From Octopus bimaculoides (lineage: Eukaryota), in assembly GCF_001194135.2 (NCBI RefSeq), contig NC_069005.1, positions 30,747,201 to 30,786,215 of the forward strand: a stretch of 39,015 nt of DNA, written 5' to 3'. The position numbers and the translations under genes were made by a program. A model generated the notes under the pieces. The model had not been told where the DNA came from, made no database searches, and saw only the letters and a program-made list of their open reading frames with translations. Numbering within the stretch: the first letter of the stretch is position 1; every line of letters begins with the position of its first letter. Positions 9,905 to 22,340 of the stretch are shown one piece after another.

Positions 9905-10335
9905 TTTATATTGGTGAGTGTATCCGATGTTCTTTGTTGTTGGTAGTGAGAAAGCAGATGTACATTCGAGAGGTGATATCTTCAATCTGTTTGTTTGGAG
10001 CCAGATTTCTTGTTGATTGATGTAGGCCTGGAGCAGTTTTGCAGATTCCTCGAGGGCTGGGGGTGTGAGCGTCGGTGAAAGGAAAGAGATGTGATATCAC
10101 CTGCATATGAAATTGCATGTATGTTTTTTCAGGATACAGGAAGGTCGTGTGAGTGACGTTTTTTGAGTTAAAAAGAGTGGGAGGGAAGATGGATCCTTGC
10201 GGTACACCATCTGGAAAACGACAGAGTCAAGGTGTGTTGCTCTCATTGCACTGTATTCACCCTTGAAATCCGAGAAGTAAGTTTTTCACCTGCCAGAATT
10301 TCGTGTATTTGTGATAAGAAAATTTGTAAGGAAAT
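9905..10335 (-). pseudogene. Decayed non-LTR retrotransposon reverse-transcriptase fragment (I/Jockey-group-like)
   Basis: DGVPQGSIFPPTLFN at 10211-10167; frameshifted SYAGDIT (eroded YADD) at about 10111-10091; then LEESAKLLQAYINQQEIWLQTNRLKISP, the typical post-YADD segment. Confidence 0.8.
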
Positions 10336-11575
10336 GGAATTAAATATTTGCAAATCATCATCGTCATCATCATCACTACCATTGTCATCACCATCATCCT
10401 CATTATCATCATTGTCATCATCATCATCATCACTGTCATCACTACTGTTATCACCATAATTGTCATCAGTACCATCATCATCATCATGGTGTCCTATGGA
10501 AGTCAAAAAAGGCATCAAGATCATTGTGTAAGTGGTAGGCCCATACCTAGCATCATGTGATTACATCCTGTGTGTGTGTGCGCGTTAGTGTGTGTGGGGG
10601 TGTTAGTGTGTAAGTGTGGGTGTGAGTGTGGGTGTATATGCAAGCATCTGATTTTGTAAGGCCCCTGTGTGTCTGGTGTAAGGAAAGAAGGGATCAAGAT
10701 TGTGGCCTAAGCAGAAGGGCCCACATCTTGCATCGGGGCCCAATATTGGATAAAGAATTTGACAAAAGGAGTTCACTTGTTATGGGACTCCAGTTGATTT
10801 TACTCCAAGTTGGCATTGCCAAATATATTATGCGGTGGTGAACCATCGTTAAAGTCATTGACGTTGCTAATTAGAGTTAATGACGTTGCTAATTGCAGTG
10901 TTTTACTTATGTGGTTTATAATTAAATAACAAAAAAAAAAAAATTTTTTTTTGTCAGTTTTCTGCTTCTCCCTGTTTTATTTCTTTTGTTGGTTACATTT
11001 TTATTTATTTACTTTTTATATTGACTTATTTATTTTCTGTGGTTTTGGTGTTGGTACATTGTGGTAGGTGCTGGTGGTGTTTTGTGGCGGTGTTTTTGAG
11101 GATGTTCCTGGTTTTTATCAGTTTGGCTACTTTGGTTGTCAGAGAGAATTTTTTTTTTGTTATTTTGGGGCGGGGGCAAATGGGGGCCAGGGGTTAGGCT
11201 TGTCAGATATAGTATTTTTTGCTCTATTTGAATTTGTTTTCAAATTTTTTTTTGTATGTTTCTTCATTATTGCTTTGTCAGAATGAATATATTGGCTCTC
11301 TCTCTCTCTCATGCATACACATTTATCTATCTATCTACATACACACACACACACACACAAACAGCACCATTGCTGAATTCTGCAAACTGCAGTTCAATAT
11401 CTTGCTTGAAGTAATTCCTCTAGGGAATTTGGAAGTTCCTGATTTGTTCTTTGATGTGAGAGACCATTATGATGTGATGACCATGATTACGATGATGATA
11501 ATCATGGTGATAAAGATATTGTTGATGATGATGATGATGATGATGACAACGTTGATGATTATGATGAAGACAATC

Positions 11576-11755
11576 ATCATCATCATCATCGTCGCCGTCG
11601 TTTAACGTCCGCTTTCCATGCTAGCATGGGTTGGACGATTTGACTGAGGACTGGTGAAACCAGATGGCTACACCAGGCTCCAATCTGATTTGGCAGAGTT
11701 TCTACAGCTGGATGCCCTTCCTAATGCCAACCACTGCGAGAGTGTAGTGGGTGCT
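11576..11755 (-). mobile_element. SINE family C 3' part, young and 5'-truncated
   Basis: CTACAGCTGGATGCCCTTCCTAATGCCAACC core with (TCA)n tail. Confidence 0.85.
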
Positions 11756-12154
11756 GTTGATGATAATGATGCTGCTGCCACAGTTAATGATGACGATGAT
11801 TATGGTGATGATAATGACATGCATAGTTTGTTGCTGCAGTCCTGAAAGTCTCTGCCACCATGTCCACAATCCCTCCCATCCATCGCCCAAACACCACCAC
11901 CCCACACTCACCCACCCCCACGACAAACACTACTTCAACTAGAGTCTACGTCTCCCACCAACCCACTCAACTACCCACCCAATCCAGACAAAGACAAATC
12001 ACAAAGAGCATCAATACCCCTTATTAACCCAACACCTTGAAAACTGTGGTGAGATGCAAACTAATTCAGGATTTTGAAGGACTTTTTGGGGAGAATCCCT
12101 AACCAAGTGCATCACTTGACTTTTAGAGCCCCCCCCCCCCTTCCTTTTAGTGGC

Positions 12155-12760
12155 ATTTCGTCCATCTTTATGTTCCGAGTTCAAATTCCATCAAGGCTGA
12201 CTTTGCTTTTCAGCCTTTCAGAGTCAATGAAATAAGGACCAGTTGAGCCCTGGGATCAATGTAATCGGCTAGCCGTCTCCCCAACCCCCAAATTTCAGGC
12301 CTTGCGCCTATAGTACAATTATTATTATTAAGAAGCTGGTGAGCTGGTAGAATCGTTAGCATGCCGGGCAAAAAGCTTAACAGTATTTCATCTGTCTTCA
12401 CATTTGGAGTTCAAATTCTGCTGAGGTCGACTTTGCCTTTCAACATTTTGGGAGTCGATAAAATAAGTACCAGTTGAACACTGGGGTCGATGCAATCGAC
12501 TCATCCCCTCCCCCAAAATTACTGCCCTTGTGGCAAAATTTGAAACCATTATTATTATTATTATTATTATTATCATCATTATTATAGCAGCAAACAGAGT
12601 CATCGGTGCACAGGACAAAATGCTTAGTGGCATTTCTTCCAGCTTACGGGGGTCATGAAATAAATACCAGCTGTGTACTGGCGTTGATGTAATCGACTAA
12701 ACCCCCTCCCCTCAAATTTCAAACCTTATGCCTATAGCAAAAAGGATTATTATTATTATA
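12155..12760 (+). mobile_element. Head-to-tail trimer of SINE family A joined by (ATT)n
   Basis: Copies at about 12155-12330, 12338-12570 and 12590-12760; tail types alternate (CCTATAGTA / AAAATTTGAAACC / CCTATAGCA). Confidence 0.85.
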
Positions 12761-13259
12761 GACGTTCAACATATAAGATATAGAAAATGATTATGAAAAT
12801 GGAAAAAAACATTTATTCACTTTTTTTTTCTGCTTTTCAATAAAACATGGAAATTCTAATCCGGTTAGCTTGTTCAAAAGAAATAAGGAAATACGTTCCA
12901 CACACAATGAGTGGGTTTCCTGGCATTTCTCTTGTTGAAAGAAAATTCTCGGTGAAGTTGATGGATCACTTCAAATTGTGTGGCTATTTCTAGCAAGAAA
13001 TAATTGTTGTGTTATCGACCCAACTCTCTCCAGTGAAGCATAGCAGAATGCTTGAGTGTGTGTGTGTGTGTGTGTGTGTGCAGATCAGATATATGTGCGC
13101 ACGTGTGTGTGCGTATGTTATATGCTCCAATATTAGACTATTTTCTTTAGCCAATACATGGTGAATGCTTATAATTATCATTTACAGAATATATATATAT
13201 ATATACATAACTGCATGTATGTTTGTGAATGCATGCATATACACATACATGTATGTGAG

Positions 13260-13292
<33 letters not shown>

Positions 13293-13514
13293 CATACATG
13301 TGATATATGCATATATATATATATATATATATATNNNNNNNNNNNNNNNNNNNNNNNNNNNNNNNNNNNNNNNNNNNNNNNNNNNNNNNNNNNNNNNNNN
13401 NNNNNNNNNNNNNNNNNNNNNNNNNNNNNNNNNNNNNNNNNNNNNNNNNNNNNNNNNNNNNNNNNNNCAAAAAGTGAGATGCAAGCCTAGTCTTATCTTA
13501 TCCTTAACCAGAAA

Positions 13515-13910
13515 TATATACAGCCATGTGGTTGAGGAGGTTGCTTCTCAACTACATGGTTTCGGGATCAGTTCCATTGTGTGGCACCTTAACCCTTTCG
13601 TTACAAACCTGGCTGAAACCACCTCTGGTTCTGTAGTACAAATGTCTTGTTTTCATAAGTTTTGAATTAAAATCTTCCACCAAACCTTAGTCACAATTTA
13701 TGCTCCTAACACTAGCTGAATGATAACTGGGTTATTTTACTAAATTCTTTGTTGTATTTAAAGTAATTAGAAGAAACACAGAGCATCTCAACAGAAATAC
13801 GGTAACGAAAGGGTTAAGTAAGCGTCTTCTACTTTAGCCTCGGGCTGACCAAAGACCTTGTGAGTGGGTTTGGTAGATGGAAGCAGAAATAAAGCCATTG
13901 AATATATATA
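13515..13910 (+). mobile_element. SINE family B 5' half split by a piggyBac-type MITE
   Basis: ...GTGGCACCTTAA[insert]GTAAGCGTCTTCTACTTTAGCCTCGGGCTGACCAAAG restores the family B sequence. Confidence 0.8.
13593..13813. mobile_element. piggyBac-type MITE, 221 bp
   Basis: TTAA (13589-92) CCCTTTCGTTAC ... GTAACGAAAGGG TTAA (13814-17): perfect 12-bp TIR and TTAA TSD. Confidence 0.9.
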
Positions 13911-14264
13911 CATACACACAATTGTGTGTGTGTGTGTGTGTGTGCTGTATATGGAAACAGTTCCTATCATACTTGGTAAGTGATATAAAGAGAAAACAAG
14001 GAAGAAATCAAAAGAGAGATAGGAGTGAAGAAGAGGGGGAGAGAGGTGAAGGAGAGAAGAGGAAAGAGGGGCAATCAATGAGATAGAGGGGTGATCAAGA
14101 GAGAGAAAGAAAGAGGGGGGAACTAGAAAATGACACTGAGAGAAAGACCTTAAGACAAAGGGGGGGGTGAAAGAGAGTAAGAGAGAAAGTGAAAAAGTGC
14201 AAGAAAGAGGAAATGAAAGCAACAGAGAGAGGGAATGAGGGGGGAAGGGGATGAAGGTGGAGAG

Positions 14265-15215
14265 NNNNNNNNNNNNNNNNNNNNNNNNNNNNNNNNNNNN
14301 NNNNNNNNNNNNNNNNNNNNNNNNNNNNNNNNNNNNNNNNNNNNNNNNNNNNNNNNNNNNNNNNNNNNNNNNNNNNNNNNNNNNNNNNNNNNNNNNNNNN
14401 NNNNNNNNNNNNNNNNNNNNNNNNNNNNNNNNNNNNNNNNNNNNNNNNNNNNNNNNNNNNNNNNNNNNNNNNNNNNNNNNNNNNNNNNNNNNNNNNNNNN
14501 NNNNNNNNNNNNNNNNNNNNNNNNNNNNNNNNNNNNNNNNNNNNNNNNNNNNNNNNNNNNNNNNNNNNNNNNNNNNNNNNNNNNNNNNNNNNNNNNNNNN
14601 NNNNNNNNNNNNNNNNNNNNNNNNNNNNNNNNNNNNNNNNNNNNNNNNNNNNNNNNNNNNNNNNNNNNNNNNNNNNNNNNNNNNNNNNNNNNNNNNNNNN
14701 NNNNNNNNNNNNNNNNNNNNNNNNNNNNNNNNNNNNNNNNNNNNNNNNNNNNNNNNNNNNNNNNNNNNNNNNNNNNNNNNNNNNNNNNNNNNNNNNNNNN
14801 NNNNNNNNNNNNNNNNNNNNNNNNNNNNNNNNNNNNNNNNNNNNNNNNNNNNNNNNNNNNNNNNNNNNNNNNNNNNNNNNNNNNNNNNNNNNNNNNNNNN
14901 NNNNNNNNNNNNNNNNNNNNNNNNNNNNNNNNNNNNNNNNNNNNNNNNNNNNNNNNNNNNNNNNNNNNNNNNNNNNNNNNNNNNNNNNNNNNNNNNNNNN
15001 NNNNNNNNNNNNNNNNNNNNNNNNNNNNNNNNNNNNNNNNNNNNNNNNNNNNNNNNNNNNNNNNNNNNNNNNNNNNNNNNNNNNNNNNNNNNNNNNNNNN
15101 NNNNNNNNNNNNNNNNNNNNNNNNNNNNNNNNNNNNNNNNNNNNNNNNNNNNNNNNNNNNNNNNNNNNNNNNNNNNNNNNNNNNNNNNNNNNNNNNNNNN
15201 NNNNNNNNNNNNNNN
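14265..15215. other. Assembly gaps (also 4398-4407, 13335-13467, 19343-19435, 34496-34505, 36003-36522, 36802-37433)
   Basis: N runs, most adjoining (TA)n arrays. Confidence 0.95.
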
Positions 15216-15259
<44 letters not shown>

Positions 15260-15282
15260 GTATATATATATATATATATATA

Positions 15283-15684
15283 TTCTTTTATTTGTTTCAG
15301 TTATTTGATGGTGACCATACTGGAGCACCACCTTAGAGGGTTTTTAGTCGAAGAAATCAAACCCAGGATTTATTCTTTGTATTCCTTAGTGCTTATTCTG
15401 TTGGTCTCTTTTGCCAAACTGCTAAGTTACAGGGATGTAAACACACCAACATTGGTTGTCAAGTGATGGTGAGGGGACAAACAGACACAAAGACACACAA
15501 ATATATACATTATATATATGTATGTGTGTGTGTGTGTATATATATATGATGGGCTTCTTTCAGTTTCCATCTACCAAATCCACTCACAAGGTTTTTTTTG
15601 TCAGCCTAGTAGAAGACAGTTGCCTAAGGTTCTATGCAGTGGGACTGAACCCAGAACCATGTGGTTGGGAAACCTCTGCCTGTG
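15283..15684 (-). mobile_element. Near full-length SINE family B
   Basis: Tail CCATACTGGAGCACCACC, internal (TA/TG)n, head CAGTGGGACTGAACCCAGAACCATGTGG. Confidence 0.85.
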
Positions 15685-15959
15685 TAAATAAAATTTAAGA
15701 AAAAAAAACAAAAAAAAAACAAAGATGGAATGGTAACAGTTAGAACATCTTTGATCATAGGTTCTGCTGGAGGTGACAGCCGACCTGGGGCTAAACAACT
15801 CACTACCACTGCTTTTGAGTTTTCAACAACCTACCCCAACCCTGTTAAATCTTGATTGAGTTCCCTAACCCCATTATCCACCCTCCACTCTCATTCTCTC
15901 TCTCTCTCTCCCCCCACCCTTCCTCACCAAATCCCTACTTCTTCCTGAACTACACCCCC

Positions 15960-16900
15960 TCCCTTCTGCCACCACCACCACCACCACCACCACCACCATA
16001 ACCACACTAAACAAATCCTTTTACTGAACACTAAACTTCTAATACTTAAGGACATATGTTCCGCAATCTCTTGAGAGAAGAAGAGCTTTTCCCTGCACAT
16101 GTGAAGAAGGGCTGTGGTGTTTGTAACCAAATGCTGGCAGTGGTGGCAGCGGTGGCGGTGTGGTGGTGGTGGTGGTGGTGCTAATAGTGGTAATGGTGGC
16201 GGTGATGGTAGTAGTGATGATAGTAGGGATGGAAGTTGCAGTTGTGGTGGTGGTGGTAGTAGTAGTAGTAGCAGCGGTAGTGGTGGTGGTGGTGGTGTTC
16301 TTGATTCTTGCAATGGTGTTAATGAAAATAGCAATGGTGACAGTGGTGGTGGTAGTAGTAGCAGTAGTAATAGTAGCAGTAGTAGCAGTAATAGTGGTGG
16401 TGTTCTTGTAATGGTGCTAATGAAAATAGTAATAGTGATGGCAGTAGTAGTAGTGTGTTTGCTGTGCTGGTAGTGGCAGTTGTGGTTAGAATAATAACAG
16501 ATCACTGTGATAGTAGTAGTAGTAGTAGTGGTGGTGCTGGTGGTAGTATCAGTGATAAAAGTGGCAGCGATAGGATACGGTTGTGGTGGAAGGGGTGACA
16601 ATGGTGCGACTGTGATGATGAAGTTAAAAAGCAGTGATAACAACACTGTTAGGGGGAGGGTCTTGATAACAGTAACGGTGGTAGTGCTGGTGGTGGTGTT
16701 GGCGGTAGTGTTGCAGGTGATGGCCAGAGTAAAATGGTTTGTGGAGAAAGAATCAACTGCCAAAGAACACAACACATCTGCCTCTGTTGGGGGAATTCCT
16801 CGTAATTGACTAAGATAAGCCACCTGGTGGTGGTGGTGGTGGTGGTAGTGGTGATGGAGGTGAGTAGTAGTAGAAGTAGTGGTGATGGAGGTGGTGGTAG
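15960..16900. repeat. Large (GGT/AGT/GCA)n low-complexity field with short unique islands
   Basis: Directly visible; this is the source of the 335-aa minus-strand pseudo-ORF. Confidence 0.85.
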
Positions 16901-17164
16901 CAGAACTGGATGTAAAACGAACAACGAACATACAAAACAGTCAGCCTGTTGATGTAGAATTTAAAATTAACACGCTGTGCTGTAATAATACATTTTAGCT
17001 CAGACGGTTGGTCGGCCCATAGTATTGACTTTATCATTTTAATCCACTGGGTTAATGTCAAGGGTACTTAAACCGAGATTATCAACTACCCTGAAACTTG
17101 TCTGGCAAAGAAGATAATCCAATAGCTATTGTGAGTCAATAAAATTATTACATAGATGGGTTGT

Positions 17165-17265
17165 TGGATCTTTTTGGTTTGACGGGCAACACTTGTTTTC
17201 TTAACGAAACACTTTCAATGTTGCCCGTCAAACCAAAAAGATCCACGTCAAACCAAAAAGATCCA
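17165..17265. repeat. 81-bp foldback (27-bp perfect inverted repeat) plus 20-bp tandem duplication of the right arm; probable collapsed MITE
   Basis: 17165-17191 is the exact reverse complement of 17219-17245; CGTCAAACCAAAAAGATCCA occurs at 17226-17245 and 17246-17265. Confidence 0.8.
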
Positions 17266-17452
17266 CGTTTAACATTCGCCTGTCAACCAAATATCTGCTC
17301 GCTCTGCACTTTCAAACGGGTGGCGGGGGTATAATGAACATTCCCTTATTTAAAACAAATAAACATAAGGGTTAGTGTGAGTTGAGTACAGGTTATAACT
17401 CGTCATAAACACAACACGAAGCAGTTTATCCGTAAACGTACATCATCAACTG

Positions 17453-17560
17453 ATGGCCAGGAGACGAAAACCCAAAGCAAATACACGGAACAGGATTTCC
17501 AGAAATGACTTTGAACGCCGTGAATTATGATCAGAGAATTATCAAAGTAGAACATTATCA
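17453..17560 (+). pseudogene. Possible decayed pogo/Tigger-like HTH_psq N-terminus
   Basis: MARRRKPK, then KYTEQDFQK, then (T)LNAVN; needs two frameshifts; resembles the psq-type YTEEDLQxALxAV motif. Confidence 0.3.
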
Positions 17561-17754
17561 GTACATAGTGTTATGAAAACAACATTATCATCACAGTGTT
17601 ATCATCAACAGTGTTATCAATATACAACAGTGATGATGGTGGTGATAAGGACGATGATGATGGTGATGATAGTGATGATGGTGGTGGTGGTTAGGCTGTC
17701 GGTGGGGCGGCGATTTTGATGGGGATAGTGGTAGCAATAAAGGTGATGGGGCAA

Positions 17755-18412
17755 CTTAATAATAATAATAATTTCAAATTTTGGCACAAGGCCAGCAGTT
17801 TTGGGGAAGGTTATAAGTTGGTCACATTGACCCCAGAGTACAACTGGTACTTATTTTACTGACCCTGAAAGGTTGAAAGGCAAAGTTGACCTCAGCAGAA
17901 TTTGAACTCAGAACATAAAGACAGACAAAATGCCACTAAGCATTTTTGCCTGGCACGCTAAAGATTCTGTCAGCTCACCACCCTAATGATAATAATAATA
18001 ATAATAATGATAATAATAATAATGATCCTTTCTACAATAGGCACAAGACCTGAAATTTTGTGGGAGGGTCGATAAATTAAGTTTAACTGGTACTTAATTT
18101 ATCGACCCTGAAAGGATGAAAAGGCAAAGTTGACCTTGGCAGAATTTGAACTCGGAATGTAGCAACGGGCGAAATACCGCTAAGCATTTCGTCCAGCGTG
18201 CTAACGATTCTGCCAGCTCGCCACCTAATAATAATAATAATAATAATGTTCTCTTCTATAGGCACAAGGCCAATATTTGACTGGTTCTTATAGACTCTGA
18301 GAAGATAAATGCAAAGTCGACTTTGTTGGGATTTGAACTCAGAATGTATAGAGCTGGAGGGAATACTACAAGATATTTCATCTGATGCTTTAATGATTCT
18401 GCTAGCCTGACA
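17755..18412 (-). mobile_element. Head-to-tail trimer of SINE family A joined by (AAT)n
   Basis: Copies at about 17758-17983, 18020-18225 and 18245-18412. Confidence 0.85.
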
Positions 18413-18859
18413 ACATAATCGTTAATCTTAATTCCAATGAAGACCAAAGAGAAACAAAGAAAATAATATTTTTTGATATGAAGGAAATTCACAGCATGTT
18501 TCTAAGAAACAGATTATCAAATTAATCCAATTAGTAAAAAAAAATTTTTTTAATTTAAGAAAAACAAGATAAAAGAAGAAATAGAAGAATAAAAAGAAAA
18601 AAAACTAAAATTTTAATTGAAAAAACATAAAAAGGAAATATTTACGATTGGATTAATATGAAATATTTTGATATGAATGAAGAAAATTACTAAGACATCA
18701 TTATAAATTCTTTATCGACAATATCAACAAGAAGAAGCCAATGACAGGGAGATTCTATGTGCTTGCTAGATCTGCTAGAAATAGCAACCAAAGACCTCTT
18801 AAGTCGTACATTACTTACTGTCTTTAAGAAAAGACAGAAGAAAAAACATTTAATCTAGC

Positions 18860-18923
<64 letters not shown>

Positions 18924-19435
18924 TCAGCAATGGCTCATATAGGTACCTATGTTTTTGTGATTAATGGTGCCGCGCACACTGGACTGAAGATGTGCAATGG
19001 TCATCGAATTGGTGGCACAGAAACTTAAAGTCTTGAATGTGAGTCTCCATACTTGTATTGCTAAATAAATATCATTCTCTATTCTGGATATTGAGACCCA
19101 CCTCTTTTATCATCACACCCGGTTTGCCAAGATTCTATTCCTTGCCAAACAACTAAACACACACACACACGCGTGTATATATGCAAGTGTTCATACATAT
19201 AAATATTTTATTAATATTTGGCAGATATAACAGTGATTCAAGGGCTGAGAGTTTTGTGCGTTACCAAACTTAGTTAATGTGTGTGTGTGTGTACATATCT
19301 TGAGTGTATACATGCATATATATATATATATATATATATATANNNNNNNNNNNNNNNNNNNNNNNNNNNNNNNNNNNNNNNNNNNNNNNNNNNNNNNNNN
19401 NNNNNNNNNNNNNNNNNNNNNNNNNNNNNNNNNNN

Positions 19436-19636
19436 AGAACGCAAAACATCCAGACAGATGATACAAAGAAAACAAGGATAGATCTTGCAAAGATAATCTG
19501 GATCTCGACTGAGGAAAGAAAACTCCGAATGACCTGTCCTTGTTTTCTTTGTATTGTCTGTCTGGATGTTCTGTTGTCCCTTTCTTGTATCACCTAACTG
19601 TTTGGAAGTTTTGCGTTCTTGTCCCATTTTGTATTA
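19436..19636. mobile_element. TA-flanked foldback/MITE-like element (left end hidden in gap)
   Basis: CATCCAGACAGATGATACAAAGAAAACAAGGA versus TCCTTGTTTTCTTTGTATTGTCTGTCTGGATG (inverted); AGAACGCAAAAC versus GTTTTGCGTTCT. Confidence 0.65.
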
Positions 19637-19638
19637 TT

Positions 19639-19672
<34 letters not shown>

Positions 19673-19909
19673 ATGAGCATGTGGTTTGTAAGTATGTGTA
19701 TAAGTAAATATGTAAAAGCATGAAGTGTTCTATAGACAGGTTTGAGGAACAAAAACGAAACCACCCAAATCAACAACAAAAATGAAGAAATAATGAATAA
19801 ACAAGACAAAAAAAAACGGGAAAAAAAACAAGGACCAGTACCAAAATCCCAAAGTAAAACGGAGTCTGTAAGAAGAAGGGGGAGTAGGGGGAGAGATTAA
19901 GAATCTTCT

Positions 19910-20010
19910 AAGACCCTGGTTCTCTGTAGACTTCCATTCACAGCTATATCAGTTTCCAAGAACATTGACACAATTTCTTTCCTTGCAGACGAGACACAGC
20001 TATTTAAACT
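19910..20010 (+). pseudogene. Possible very old RT scrap
   Basis: TLVLCRLPFTAISVSKNIDTISFLADETQLFK resembles TVLGPLLF...FADDTxLxK; short and degenerate. Confidence 0.25.
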
Positions 20011-20121
20011 TCAGCCCACTGCCTTAACTACATAACTACCTAGCCATTTTTGTCTCCATAGACATCTATATATATATATATATACACATACACACGCACA
20101 TGTGTGCATACATACATACAT

Positions 20122-20163
<42 letters not shown>

Positions 20164-20186
20164 ATACATATATGCATACACATATG

Positions 20187-20229
<43 letters not shown>

Positions 20230-20882
20230 ATACATATATGCATACACATATGCATACATACATATATATATATATATACACGTCTGATTATCACCATACA
20301 CATATGCACACAACAACCACACATCTAGATATATATATATATATATATATACCCACACACACACACACGTGTGCATACATACATATATATACATACACAC
20401 ATATGCATACATACATATATACCCACAAACATACATATCTGATTATCACCACACACATATGTAAAAATGTATGTATACACACACACACACACACACATTT
20501 GTGTCTGTATATGTTTGCAGGTGTTTGCATATATGTGTGTATTTATGGATCTATTTATGTATGTACATGTATGTAACACACACACACACAAATGCACATT
20601 CCTTCACAAGCACATAAAGACACACATACATACACACACACACACTTCTATATGCGAGACTACCCTGTTTACTTATTTAAGCTAGCAGGGTAGGGGACAT
20701 TCTAGTCTTTCTATAGCAACACCAGCCCTCAAAAGATTACGTTTCCCTCCTTTTTACACGGAGAAAAGGGTGGAGGCAGCTAGTGAAATTCAATGTAACA
20801 AGCAACGTGCAAGACAAAAAATATTTGCATAGCTCTTTAAATATTAAAATCAGGGTGTTGTCTCTTTCTCTCTTTCTCTCTT

Positions 20883-20969
<87 letters not shown>

Positions 20970-21548
20970 CTGAGAGTGGTGCAGAGACATTATTAGATTA
21001 GAGGTTTAGTTTACAGACAACGTGTATGGACTGACTTGACAAGACAGACATGAGTAAACATCGAGATGGAGAGAAAGGTAGCCAGATAGGGAGCTAGAGA
21101 GAGAGAGAGTGCACAAGAGTGAGAGAGACTTAGAAACAGACAGATGACCAAACATAGAGGACAGAGAAAGAAAGAGAGAGACCGATAGACAGAGAGAGAG
21201 AAGGAGAGACACATCATACAGACACATAGGAAAGACAAACAAACAGTGGTTAGTACCACGGTGAGGAACAAAGATAAACCCCACCCAAGTGTGAGAACTG
21301 CTTTATAAAAATAACTTGACGACCACAATGTTTGAATGACAGCGAATTAGAATGCAACTGTTGATGATCAAGCACTAGGTCACTAGGTTTGGTCCTGATT
21401 AAGCAGAGCTATGATTAAAGGTGTCCCTGAGCAGGTGTCTTTACCTAAAACTTTACCGAAAGAAATTTCCCATATATGAAAATTCGCCAAATGGACAATG
21501 ATAAAGTTTATTATATCAGTATTTAAAAAAATAATAATGATGATGATT

Positions 21549-21788
21549 TCTGACAAATACATAACAAAAACACCAGGACTTACAAATATATATATATAAC
21601 ATACAGAAAATTGCATTGCTGGGTACTGCACACATCCTACGCAAAACACTTTCAATACAGTAACCATAAGAGCATCACAGCAAACCACAGCACATACCCA
21701 AGGCACACAGAGCTGCGCTCGGTAGTGAAGTGAAAGCACGTTATAAAAATAAAACTACTGAATAATAATAATAATAATAATAATAAAT
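21549..21788 (+). mobile_element. Dong/R4-clade LINE 3' end, 5'-truncated, (AAT)n tail
   Basis: IQKIALLGTAHILRKTLSIQ* (21601-21663) resembles the C-terminus of restriction-like-endonuclease R4/Dong ORFs; upstream SDKYITKTPGLTNIY is out of frame by (TA) slippage. Confidence 0.75.
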
Positions 21789-22054
21789 GATAAGGTTTTA
21801 TAGGCAAGTTCTTTATTCGATGTCAAGTATTTAAAAAAAGTGATGAGGTCATTTAAAATGAAATTTCTTAACGATAAAAATGTTTAGGCCGAAATTTCCT
21901 GTAACCAAAATCTCAGGATGACCAGATCCCTGTGGGCAGAACTTGGTAAAGAGAAACAATGCCAAAGTCCATCATATCATTTCGTTTTTACATGTTTCTT
22001 TTTTTCACCCACTCTCATGGTAGTGGGAGTTGAACAGGTGAGACATTTTGAGGA

Positions 22055-22340
22055 AACAGACATACCTGTATAAAAATGAACAGGAATACCTATATAAACA
22101 TTGGCAGAAGTATTTATGTGGAAATAAGTAGACACACCTAGATGAAACTAGGTAGATATACCTACATACGTATGTATTAGAAAATAGGCAGGAATACCTA
22201 TACAACAATAGGCAGGAATACCTATACAACAATAGGCAGGAATACCTATACAACAATAGGCAGGAATACCTATACAACAATAGGCAGGAATACCTATATG
22301 AAAATATGCAGACATACTTATATAAAAATAGGTAGACAAG
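22055..22340. repeat. 24-bp minisatellite AATAGGCAGGAATACCTATACAAC
   Basis: Four perfect copies at 22183-22278, a partial fifth, and degenerate flanking units. Confidence 0.9.

Noticed and set aside
19505-19540. CTGAGGA...CCGAAT as a second hammerhead
   Set aside because: GAAA box and stems I and III could not be built.
22183-22278. CRISPR-like array
   Set aside because: Identical units with no unique spacers; eukaryotic minisatellite.
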